A stretch of DNA of 62,809 bases, filler included, from Folioceros fuciformis (GCA_049999805.1; 8 parts of 8 records of this genome joined end to end with filler, not necessarily neighbours in it); one strand, 5' to 3'. Counted from the first letter of the whole stretch, positions 26,261 through 38,323 are shown. Notes: a model not told the origin generated them from the sequence alone. Made by a program: numbers and translations.

Positions 26261-26791
26261 CAGCAGACAGTCCGCCTACATGCGATCCATCGACAAACTG
26301 TCAGCTATGTAGAAGTTTCGACTGGTGCCAGGTGAAGTTTCATCATCAATTCCCACTCGCAGAAGGTAAAGCCTTGTCTTCCTACAGATGAAGGAGGGTG
26401 GAGCCCATTTGCGCCGCGGAAGACCAGTGTGCAGCCATTCCGTGAACCGACTGGTAGCAGCTGCCGTTGGTGCAAGCTCAGGTGCTGCGAAGTAGAGAAG
26501 AAGAGAGTAGCTTCTGCCTGAATCGTGTCGAAGAGTCTGACGGCTGAGCGTAAGAGCGGCATTAGAAGTATTAACAATATAAGATAGGACCTCAAGTGGG
26601 GGTGTTGAGATATTTGGCCCTCCTTGTAAAGCGTAAAATAATGTCAAACAGCTAACCTAAAATAATTAGTTAGGGTTAGAAAGTAGTTACACAAATAACC
26701 ATAGTGTGTCACCCGCGCGCGCACAAACCTACAAGAACTATGTGCGCTATTTTTCTTATATGCAACCTTGTATTTTGTGTACACCGCGTTA
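25484..26791 (+). mobile_element. Ty1/copia element B, 3' part (RT end, RNase H, PPT, 3' LTR 26603-26791)
   Basis: RNase H motifs; purine tract AAGTGGGGG before TGTTGAG; LTR ends CGCGTTA and is followed by AGTTT (TSD). Confidence 0.92.
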
Positions 26792-27716
26792 AGTTTCAAC
26801 TAGAGCTACAATTTTCAGTGCTACTGAAAATCAGAAAATGCAGGCATAGCGGTGATTCATCCCCTTACCTTGGAGAGTTATGGAGCAATCACTTAAAGAC
26901 TTAGAATCAATTCATCAAGTCTTGTGTCTTATGCTAAAGATTGGCTATGAAAGAAAATATGAAGCAATCTTACCTCTTTCTTCTGGTGTCAAGTATTGAT
27001 TGCATGAGCCATCTGGATGATGCATCTTCACCATGATCCATGGAGTAGGTCTCCTTTTGATGGATTCGTACATCTCTCCTTAAACCCTTTGCATGGAAAC
27101 AATCTTGAGTATTGACTGAAAGCATGCTCAACCTTTATGTCATCCTGTGAGTAGATGAATGAAAGATTTGTGAGTAGATGAAAGAAAGATTTGCCAACAT
27201 TCAAGGTATAACTAGACTACGCCGTTCCAAGGTCCTTCGATATGAAAGGAGAAAAAAAGAGAGAATCCACATGAATCAAACTACCACCTCCCTCTCCGTA
27301 GGTAGGAAATAAGAAAGGATTAGACAGACTCCAATGGTAGTAGGGCTCCAATAGAGATCTCTGCCATCACGTTGCAAAATGGAATAGAATTACACGACAA
27401 GCACACTGCAAGAGAATTACACGGGCACCACATCCGTACCAGCAATTAGGTTAGTCGGTTGATGGCAATAAGGTGAGTGCAACGTCACGATCATCGTTTT
27501 CTTGTTGACCAAGGACCCTGAAACACTGTCTGCCTCCGAGCCGAGCCAGGGAGCTCCGAGTGAGGTGTTCCGCTCCGAATGGATCACTGGCCGGGAACTG
27601 CGCACAAGGCTTTATNNNNNNNNNNNNNNNNNNNNNNNNNNNNNNNNNNNNNNNNNNNNTTAATTAATTAANNNNNNNNNNNNNNNNNNNNNNNNNNNNN
27701 NNNNNNNNNNNNNNNC

Positions 27717-27887
27717 GGCAACGGTGCTGGACTGCTATACAACACTAGCACCAAGCAATGGGAAGAGCCCCGAATTAAGGAGCGTGAGCACATCATGGGC
27801 TTTCCAGCTCATGCCACAACAGCACCCAAGGTCACAGTCTCACAACATTGTCTTGTTGTCGGTCGAGCTATGGACCTGCATGCCACC
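27717..27887 (+). pseudogene. Fragment of a cytosine-5 DNA methyltransferase catalytic C-terminus (motifs IX-X, DRM/DNMT3-like)
   Basis: Own translation: GNGAGLLYNTSTKQWEEPRIKEREHIMGFPAHATTAPKVTVSQHCLVVGRAMDLHAT. EP..ERE.IMGFP..T followed by G.AMD resembles DRM/DNMT3 EPxExERxxGFPxxxT...LGxS. Bounded by an assembly gap on the left and an LTR on the right. Confidence 0.62.
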
Positions 27888-28466
27888 TGTTAAGTATTAA
27901 ATGTTCATTATATACATTAGGTTATACCAAGTAGGTTAGTCTATTAGTTTAATTTTAGTTATAACTATCTTCACAGCGGTTGGACATATGTGTGCATTGC
28001 ATGCTTAATCAATTCAATGCCTTTGTGTGTAAGCTCTCCATGGGTGTCTGAATTCTCAGAAAAATTTACATGGTATCAGAGTAGGATGATCCTCATCCTT
28101 GCTAATCGTTTCTGCCTTTCTATAAGCACACAATCTTAATTGGAATTGTTTAAGGGGCAGAATGATATTACATTTTCTATGGACATTTGCTGATGAGGAC
28201 GGAATTACAATGCCTCGCAAAGACATATGCAAGCATTTCTTCTCTGAAGATCTGAGCGTTAAACATGGCAAGGGAAGAGCTCCAACCACTCTGAGGGACT
28301 TGGAGTTTCAAGAGGAATTCGAACGTCTTTACTTCAAACAACACATATCTCAGGCTAAGCAAGTTGAAAGAGTTTGATTTCTTCAACAATTTGTAGACTC
28401 CTTTCCCCCAGAGTTTCGTACATCTAAGCCTCCACCTATGTCAAGAAGCTCAAGCAAGTTATAAAG
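27888..28466 (+). mobile_element. Copia element D remnant: 5' LTR (27888-28070), PBS (28071-28082) and leader, interrupted by element C
   Basis: AT-rich TGTTAAG...TTTACA segment followed by TGGTATCAGAGT. Confidence 0.65.
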
Positions 28467-30645
28467 TGTTGGAATAACGTTTCGTTATATGAGTAACCTA
28501 GGAGTATGCATGGTTAAAAGACCTACCTAGTTAGGGTTTGGTATAAATATTTTATCTTTGAATGTTATTATTTATGCACTCTTAATTGATTGATTCTACT
28601 CTCACAAGTGCTGGTCACCTTCGTGCCCCTTTGGAGCTGTATGCACCAAATGTCAAGCAATCTTGTCATCAAGCCAACGTGCTGTATTTTAGTTATGGTA
28701 TCAGAGCCTCTTCCGCTGGTGATTATGTTATAGGGAAGATGTCAAGGAACAGATCCAACTCTGGAGTTGGAGGAAGAGGAGGTTTTGTCAAAGCCTTCTC
28801 TCGACCCTTTGAAAGAGTATCTGTCCCCTCGAGCATTCCCTGGATTGAGGCTGAATCTAAGGCAAACCATGACCAACGAATTTTGGAGAATTGCTGGCAT
28901 TGTCAGAATCGCAGTGATTCTCGGCGTTTAACAAAGAAATTTGCTACATTTAAACCCTATGATAATTGTGGTAGATTTTTCAAGTCATATCAATCTACAG
29001 GCAAACCACCTTTGAGATGCCCTGCCTCAGCCCCACAATCCTGCACGAAGACCATCGGTACCTCATTAGATACATTGCTGGATTTTCAGCCCAGGTTACA
29101 GAACCTGGAAGGTACATTAAATGCTGCTATTCAGCGTCAGGAGTCCTTTTCCAAACGGCTGGACTCAACAGATATGAAAATCCATGCAATTGCCACTAGG
29201 TTTTCTTCAAAAATTGACAGACTAACCACATAGTTACAGACCTTGAACAAGATCTTGTGCTATATAGAGGTTCCTTTTTCTTTGATGTGCTGTTCTACTG
29301 ACACCTTCACATGAGCCTTCCACTGCCACAGCACAGGCAGTTATTAACCATTTTTCAAAACTCACAAGCCCTAGGAAGAAAGTCAGCAGGCTAGTTTAGT
29401 TTTGCTGAAATAGAAACCCTAAAAAAACGTTTTCAGATATATAACCGTCTACCTGTTCAGACCTGCTCACATCTTTCCCCTGTCTCCTTATCTTCGCCAT
29501 GGACGTGGTCAAGGTCACGATTCTCCACCCATAGTTCCTACACGTCCAGTAGTCATGGCAGCCAATTTAGCACCAACTTTCACATCCAAAGTTAAGGATA
29601 GAGACAGATTTAATGGCACAAAATTTGAAATCTGGCATGTTCGTATGCAAACAACCTTAAGAGCCAGAGGTGTTTGGAAAATTGTTGATGGTTCCTATCC
29701 AGATTCTATCCTCCCAGCTGTTGGTGCTGTTTCTACTAGAGACACCCAAGTAACTTAGGATGACGTTGACAAATGGCATGAAGTGAACAGTGTGGCAGTT
29801 GCCATCATTGTCTATGGACTTGATGAAGTTTTGATTCCTGATGTGGAGAATCTGACCAAGCAAAGGACATTTGGGACCAGCTTATTGGTACATATTATGT
29901 GAAGACAATGCTTTCCAAATTTGCAGCAATGCATGAGTTCTATACTTTGAAGTTGCGGGAGGGTGACAGTGTGGCTGCCCACACAAGCAAATTTTGTTAC
30001 CTTCGCTCCCACCTTGCTCAATTGAACTCTACGATGTCTGAGGAGGACACCGTTGCGCAGTTTCTTCTCACTTTGCCTGCATCATATCAAACTTTTGTCT
30101 CACTACAAAATGGACCTTTAGCTATTTCTGGTTAGAATGTAGCAGCAGGTGAACCGGGAGCTATCACCCTGGAGAGCGTTATTGCAGCCCTCTTCCAGGA
30201 GGAATAGAGCCAACTTCAACATAACACAGGTGGCTCTGGAAAGATACGGACAGACAAGGTCCTTTACACCTCTACTCCCTGTGGATGTTTTGGGAGGGGG
30301 AGAGGCAGAGGAGGTAGAGGCCGACAAAATAGCCAAACCTCCACTGCTGGATCTTCTTCCACGAACACAAAGAAACTTGGTAGCTGCAAGTGGTGTAACA
30401 CACCAGGACATTGGGAGAGAGACTATTGCCGCAAGAAGGCTGGCCAGCCTCGCCGTCCCAAACCAGAAGTGAACTCTATTGCCAAGGAGAGATCTTCGAC
30501 TAAAGGAGGCAAAGCTATGGTCAAGATTTACACCATCTATCTTTCCTCTTCATCAAGTGATCCTAGTAGCTGGTATTTGTATTCTAGCGCCACTGCGCAC
30601 ATCTACAAGGACAAGAGCTTATTTAGCAGTGTGGAGGCAAAACCC
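28467..30645 (+). mobile_element. Truncated copia element C: LTR 28467-28695, PBS 28696-28707, leader ORF, gag, Zn knuckle, degenerate protease
   Basis: TGTTGG...TAGTTA LTR then TGGTATCAGAGC. Gag at 29555 (FTSKVKDRDRFNG..IWHVRMQTTLRARGVW) is similar to element A gag. CKWCNTPGHW knuckle and SWYLYSSATAHI. Contains stops and frameshifts. Confidence 0.85.
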
Positions 30646-32104
30646 CGGGCACTGATTGCCAACGGGTTCCACCTTTAGTGGCCACACTTATCCCACTGTC
30701 ATTGAGACATTGGGTTTCGTTCCCACGAAGGAGCGATGGGGTTTCTTGCTGCTGTGGATGGAGGGTCGGACTTGATCGACTCGATGATGGATTCGAGGGC
30801 TCCCCTCCGGCTCCGATCAGGCGTAGGATAGGCCTCGCTGTCCGGCGGTCAGCTGCACCTCCCTCGGTGCCCACAAACTCACTCCAGTCACTACAACGAC
30901 CCTAACTTTTCAAATATGTGACTTCCCTCACTTCACTTCATTCACTCACTCACTCCAGCACCAGCAACAACCAGCAACCAGCAACGACACCACTACCTTC
31001 TACGCTTCCCTATGGACTCCCCCTACCCGGCAAGAGTCACCAGACTAACCGCAAAGGAAAGCATGCCGCCACCCACGATCCTACAAGACACCATGCAAGC
31101 ACGGTCGGCACTCACTCCAGCCTTGCAAGGAAACGAAAATGATAGATCATGGGGACACGACACGAAGAGTACGATCAAGAATGAAAAGGGTCCCCGCCCT
31201 TAACCTTGGCCACCACTTCTCAAAGCTTTACCAGACGCTGCACACATGCACAGCCGGCACACACTCTGCTGTATCCAAGCAGGGACAGCCTGAGAGAACT
31301 CGCAAAGTGACAACTTGCCTCCGACAGGCTCACTTGATCTTATAGGAGCCTCTCTGTCTCTCTGACTTCACCTCTCTCTAGTATGAGAAATATTAATTTA
31401 ATAGGACCACTAGCCTAGCCGGCTGTCACTAGCCACTTATTTAGACTTTCCTAGCACATCTTGCCACCAATGAGTTGGCCTACAACCTGCTAACCCTACC
31501 ACCACAAGTATCTACCACCTCTTAAACTATCCTGAAACTTTGAAGGATGCCTGATTTTCAAAGTTCTTGCGGATGCCGCCTCTTTCTTGCTGGATGGCCG
31601 CCCACAAAGCCTTCCCCTGCAACTTTTCCCCCTTGATAGCTGAGCTTGCTTGCACGGGAGGAGTATGAGCAGTGGGAGAAGATAGGGAAGAGGTGAGAAC
31701 AAGTGGGATCAGCAGGAGAAATCGGGCCTGAAATCGGCAGCGTATTCAGCAAAATCGGCTTCCAGCCAAAATGGTTCCTCGACCATGGAAAGCTGACCCC
31801 GAGGTGTTAGGAGAGGCCCCAGACTGTGGGGAGAAGAAAGCAGGTGAAACAGAGTTGGAACAAGACCCTCAACTTTCAGCTATTGGGGGGAGGCCTAATC
31901 CATGGCAACCTAATCCAAGTCTACTCCTTGGTCTTCATCCTAGACTGGTGCAGGTGATTAGGAGTGCAGGGGCTGAAGGATTCAACAACATCAGCCCAAC
32001 TCCANNNNNNNNNNNNNNNNNNNNNNNNNNNNNNNNNNNNNNNNNNNNTTAATTAATTAANNNNNNNNNNNNNNNNNNNNNNNNNNNNNNNNNNNNNNNN
32101 NNNN

Positions 32105-35100
32105 GGCTCAGGCTTAACCACTACATGGCTAACCACTGGCTCCACCGGGCCTGCCACTGTTAATTCAGCAGCGCAGCTCAAAGGTGCACTTTCAACTGCA
32201 CCAGCTTTGGGGACCCCATCCACGGAGAGATCTCCCATAGTTGTCTTAGATACAATAGCCTGTTTCTCTTCGACCGCCTCCTCCTTGAGCAGGACCTCAA
32301 CAGAATGTACAATAGGACAAGACTGACTACAAGTAACCTCAGCTTCTGTACAAGTTTTCTCCTCAACTACTCCCATCTCCGACTCATGTGGGATGGCAGT
32401 TTCTTTCACAGACTCCATTGACGTTGTGCCTGTGCCTTCCTCCTGCTCCCTGCAATCTTCAACTCTCTCAACAGTAGCAGGCTGAGGGACAACTTCAAGT
32501 GCATGGGCAAGTGAAGCCGTGACATCGTCCTCAAGTTTACAATTGCTGCTTGCATCGGTGTCTATTGCCATACCCTCTGCTTGGACCGTTGTTTGCTGCG
32601 ACACCCTGTCAGCCTCCTCGACTTCGACTTCAGTAGCACCAGAAGTAACAAGAACCTCAGCGGTCAAGACTACCAACTTCGGAGCGTCTGCAGCAGGCAT
32701 TTCCACAACTTCCTTCACAGCACTTTCCTGTTTTACAGTCACCTCCTCAACAGACATTCCCACATTCACAGCTGCATCCACGGTTGGCATGCTGGCGTGC
32801 AGCATGGCCTCAGCCTGTTCCACCAACTGATCCAGACCCAGCCTCTTCCTTGACTTACTGTAGAAAGCTCTGCACTGAGCTTGATTCTTTGTACCAACTT
32901 GAAGAGATATGCTCTTGAAGTCTTTGCCTATTGTAGCCAGAGCATCAGTGAAAAGCTGTTGTTCCTGGTCCGACCACAGGGACTCCACATCCTCAGCATT
33001 TGCTCTCATTGATTCTCGTCGAGACTGAATGTTTCGCACGCCTTTAGGGCCAGACTGATTATCCACATTACCATTGCGGGCAGGTGAAATGCCAACTGCA
33101 GCACCAGGCTTGACACTTAATCTCTCCCTGTGATTCTTGGGCACAGTAGCTGCACTGCTCAAACTGCACGTCCCTCCAAACCCGGGAGTGCCAGCAGCCA
33201 CAGCAAGGAGATCCGTTGCAGCCTTACTCTCTTTCACTGTTACAGACCTGATGCCCGTAAAAGCTTCTGCTGTCACCACGTCAGCACCATTGCATGACTT
33301 GGCACGGTCAGCTGATTTGAGCACACTCCTCACAGATTTTGAAGGATCCCTAACACTAGCAGCAACTGTAGCAGTGGCAACAGCCATTGTTAGTGCCTCG
33401 ACCCGAACAGCATTAGCTTCCTTATGGCGATTGCTTGCAGGTGTAGTGGTTGCCAGATACGATGAACTTGACTGAGAGTAGTCTCTCCGCTTCTTTAACT
33501 GCATGGCTTCCTGTCTCCTACGGATCTTGTCAAAATCATCAGACTTTTGGTTACGGTAATAGAACTGGACACAGTCAGCCGTACTCTTGTGGTCCAGATA
33601 TGACGCAATCTTCTTAAAATCTTTGGAGTAAAGAGCAAACTTCTCCATGAACAGCGTTTTCTCTTCACCTGTCCACGGTTTGATATGCTTACGCTCCTGT
33701 TCAGCCTTAACAGGATCTTCGACGAGCGCATTCTTCGTGATAAACCTGCGGAAGTACCGCTCCTTCTCGTCCAGAATCATAGCAGGCATCCGTTGCACAA
33801 CCCTAAACTGCTCAATAGGCTCCGACATCAGCTTCCTCACAATTTGCACCTCTTCTGCTGTTACGTCAGGCCTCGCTGCACCTGGATGACAAAGGAAACG
33901 CAACATCAGTTTCGGCATCGCCCCGAGTACAGCCAGAAAATAAGTTGAAGAAACCTAGAAAGTAACCTACAAACAAGCCGTCACCACCGACGGATACATA
34001 CCATGTGGAGCCGTACGCAACCGCAGAGATGATCTCTGGCAGAGAGCAGATCCATTCCTTCGTTCCACCTCCCACTTGCGGACAGATTTAGCACGGTCTC
34101 TCCTTTGAGAGGTACTACCAAGGTGCTCCTGACTCCACACTTCCTTCACGGCGCGAAACTTGATAGCAAGCACCTTCTCCTTCAGTGCCTGGAAATATTT
34201 ATGTTCTGAGATCTTCTCCTGCATCCGCTCCATGATCCTGTTGTGACCGACTGCATTTGCCTGCCAGACACTAGCCTCGACAGGTGAGCTGTAGAGCTTC
34301 TCACTTCCAAGATGTACACCTTCAGCAAGCAGATGCGACAGGGCCTCAGATGCAGCGGAAGCAGACTTCCGGTTTTCACGAAGCAGTGCCTTAGAAGGGT
34401 TATTGCAGACTTCGCTACCAGCCTCCAGTATAGCGTTACATGGTTTCGAAATGACAACAGGCAAGTCGTCAGATGTCAGACTTGACGCAATTTCTGTGTG
34501 AGCATCATCCTGATGTTGAGCCCCAGCAATCATGGGCGCATGCCCACCAGCTTCAACATTTGCAGCATCCCCAGGAAAGGCACATTTGTCAAGGTTCCGA
34601 CCGTCCCCCGTTGAGGCCACATCAACCTTAGACGTTGAAAGGCCACTTTCGGCAGAATCCCGAACACAAATCTGAGGAACCACAGCTTCACAGATAAACG
34701 TTTCAGGAGGAGGTGGTAAACGTTCGGCTGAAGCGACCTTAACTGGTTCTTCAGACCCTGGTGCCAACTTAACGCCAGTCCCACACGTAGCCCTTTCAAG
34801 ATCAGTCAGAGAGCCTTCTCCCGTGCCTGCGTGCGTGCTTTGATCCCCAGAAACACCCACCGCATCCACGTTCTCTGAATGCAAGGGCAGCTCCTCCTTG
34901 ACAGAGCATGTCAGGTCCGGCATACATACTCCATCCGAAGTGTCCTCAGCCGAGGGCATCGCATGAGGCGAACTCTTCAAAATTACTTCCGGCTGCTGAG
35001 TAGAGACATCAGGCGCGGAGCTGCACAAGCCGTTTTGTTCCCTTGGAATGGAACCAGGATCGGTGCTCTCAAGAATTTTTGGCTGGTGCTGGGTGGAGTC

Positions 35101-36784
35101 AAAAACTCCAAAGTGCGGCCGGGATTTTCCAGCGTCATCCACAGTCGTATCTGGTGCAATCTCTGTGACAGAGGGTTCATCGACCGCGGCAGAAGCTTGA
35201 GATAGTAAATCTGCGAACGACAAAGTATCGGCGTCAACATATGCAAACATGTGATCGCATATTAACATAACGAAGAAGGCGTTACTGGAGGGGCAGCCTT
35301 GATCAGATACCTGTACTGGCAAAAGGTGGAACTGGAGCTGAGGGCGGACATTCAGGAGCCACCTCGGAAACAGGAGATAGCAAGTTATTACCGGCCGGTT
35401 GCAGCCCACCCGGAGGCACATCGCTCGTTGCCGAGGTTGAAACCCCCTCGTCGCTCACCACTTTCTTCATCTCGTACTTGGCCAAGCCCTGACCCCAGCC
35501 CAAGCGGGGGCGTTTCCTCGGGGAGGAGAAATTTCCATCATCACGGATACCCTCTACGTTGACCGACGTAGGAGACGAGAACGGAGAATGTTGAGGAGAG
35601 GACGTAAGGGGTGGCACTTCCAGCAAAGCATGATGCCTAGAACCCAGATCCTTTGCTCCGCAGTTGGAAGCCGAAAAATTACAACTCCAGGTGGATGCGA
35701 ACGCAGGGAAGGACCTCTCTCGAGGTTTCCAGTCATGAGTGCCTGTGGTAGAGTCCTTGGCGCCTCCGTCAGTAACGAGAGGCTCACGGGAGCTTCCATA
35801 CCTGTCTGGCCTAGTGTCAAGATCCCTGTCCCCATTGGACAAATCAGAATGCTGAAAGGAGGCAGCCCGCTTGTAGAGGTCTGACTTCCCTCTCAACCTG
35901 TGATCTCGATCTCCTCGTTGAGGTGCGTCCCAGCCAGAGATGGCTTTGGGCTTATCCCTGTCCCACGAGCCACTAGAGTCGGAGAAAAGCTGAGGATGGT
36001 ATGGCCGAGAGAGGTGGTCCATGGCAGCAGGGCCAACGGAGTCTCTGATATCCCCCCCAGAGAGAACATAAGGGTCGCGGCTTTCTTTGTGACGGTAGTC
36101 ACTTCCACCACTCCCGTTAAAACTCGTAGCAGAAATGGTTGATGCTCCTGAGGCATAGCATGCATCCCTGTCAAACTTGCGGGGAAGAGTATTTTCGGCC
36201 GACGGCAGAGCGCTAAACATCGGAGAGGATTCCGCCCGGCTGGACGAGCCGCCATGTCGCCCATTATCGCCGCAAAAGGTGTGACGCCCTTGAGGACACA
36301 GAAAAAAAAATAAAAACACCAAGAGTTAGAAGAGGTGGTGGAGGAAGTGGAGTGGGAGCAGGAAAACGAGGAGAGGAGGGCCGCGAGGAGGGAAAGGGTG
36401 ATGAGGAGGAGAGGGAGGAGCGGGGATCGCGCTGGCAGATGGAATAATTTCGTTCCCGTTTCCTTCCCCTGCTTCCTTCCAAGAGTTCCCTTCTCCTCCC
36501 TTCTCCCCCCTCCCCCTGTGGCACCTGGCGGGGAGAGTGCGAGGAGCAGCGGGGAAAAGCGCGGGAAAGTGCAGCAAGTTACCAGGAGGACGCCGCTTGC
36601 TGGGAGGGCCTAGAGGAGCCCCATTGGCGGAGGAGAGAGGGGGCGTCCGCTGATAAGGTGGCGCAGGCGACGCTCTTTCCAGGCCCCAAGCATCCCTCTT
36701 CCCTGTCACAAGGCGGTCCCTATCTCCCCTATCCGATCTTGCATACTGCAGCCTGTCCCAGGCAGAAGAGTGATCAGAAGGCAT
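32105..36784 (-). CDS. PWR: POWERDRESS-like / NCoR-type protein with two SANT/Myb domains; 3' end lost in the gap
   Basis: Start MPSDHSSAWDR; motif SPRKRPRLGWGQGLAKYE; SANT1 WTGEEKTLFMEKFALYSKDFKKIASYLDHKSTADCVQFYY; SANT2 WSDQEQQLF...GTKNQAQCRAFYSK. Exons approx 36784-36583, 36288-35311, 35210-34002, 33881-gap. Likely 5'-UTR intron 37562-36869. Confidence 0.88.
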
Positions 36785-38323
36785 GGAAGAGGAGGAGTCA
36801 CGGGCATTTGGTGGGGCTGAAGCTCGAGCATCACCCCCACCTGGACTAAACATCTGCTCGGTCCTCACCTGTTATGGATCCCTAAGGTCTGGCCGGAAAA
36901 GAGAGGCACGGACATGTTTGCAGCAGGAAGCTGGGCCTGACCCCGACACATAATAGTTGCGCCTAGCGCATGAACGACACATGGGCCGAGGAAGGCGGTG
37001 GAGGAGAGGGCAGTTGCGGGCAGGGCTAGGAGAAGCAGAAGCTAGAGAGGGCCCAAGAAAGGGAGGGGCAGGGCAGGAACGGGAGTGGGGAAGGAGGGAG
37101 GAGGTGGGGATACGCGCGTCTCGGTCTTCTTCCACCACCTTCACCTTCACCTCCGCCTGCAGTGAAGCCAGAGCTCGAGCGGCGGCGATGGTGAGGGAAG
37201 AGCATATTGGTGCTGGATCTGCGTGTAGCCTACGTTGCGAGCAGGGGCACCGCAGTCCACCTAAGCCGAGGACAGCAGCATCGCGGACGGTGGTGGAGAG
37301 CATAAGGTGGCGCCATGGCACCCGGCTGGCTGCGGCGCGTGTCCCTGAACCTGTGCCTGTCCAAGTGTGTGCCTGTGCGTAGGCCTGGTGGTGCTGCTGC
37401 TGTTGCTGTTGCCTCCCAACCTGGTGGTGGAGTGCCGCGCCGCGCCGCGCCACGCGAAGGCAAGCCCGCCGTTGAGCTACACTGGAGCGGCCGAACCCTA
37501 GAGGCCGCGATCCGGCAGTGCGCGCCACAAAATGGGGGCCTGCAGGCCAACACAGAGCTTACCTGTGTCGAAGGGGGCGGATGGCAGGAGCAACCCTAAG
37601 GTCTCCACTCCTGCAGCGCGACAGGACAGGGTGCGGAACAGGAAGAGGAAGAGGAAGAGAAGAGCAGAGGAGAGCAGGGAGGTGCGAGCGACCCCTAGCC
37701 CCCGAGGGCGCTGGTGGTGGAGGAGGAGAAGCTAGCATCCTGAGGGGAGTGCGAAGCACGACATGGCGGCAACAGGGGAGGAAGAGGAATTGCACACAAA
37801 GCGGCAGCTGGCGAGGAAGAGGGACGTAAGTCGGGGGAAGGGAGGAGATGATGATGCGGGAAGGAAGGAAAAGATGCGGAGAGAGACTGGGCTTTGAACA
37901 GGCAGCGGCAGCGGTGTGGCGGGTTAGCGACGTTGCGTCCCCCACAGCACTAGCTAGCTTTGGCGTTGCTGCGTCGCCTCCTTCTTCTTCTCCTCCTTCT
38001 CCTTGTTGTTGCTGCTGCTGCTGCTGCTGAGACGAGCTGGTGTGTTGCGGCCGAGGTCTTGTGCNNNNNNNNNNNNNNNNNNNNNNNNNNNNNNNNNNNN
38101 NNNNNNNNTTAATTAATTAANNNNNNNNNNNNNNNNNNNNNNNNNNNNNNNNNNNNNNNNNNNNTGCCCCATCTGCTTCCTGGTATTGGCCAAATTTCTT
38201 TTGCGTTTTTTCCCCTGCTAACTTGCTTTAAAATTCGTCTGGCCGATGCCAATTTTGGTCGGGGATCCGGCGCTCGCTCTTCCCTCCTGCTCATTAACTG
38301 CTCGAATCCGTGTGTTTGTGCAG

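Noticed and set aside
36872-37528. 218-aa minus-strand ORF with poly-Q upstream of the PWR-like gene
   Set aside because: Lies within a probable 5'-UTR intron (GTAAGC at 37562, CAG at 36869). GC-rich, no domain.
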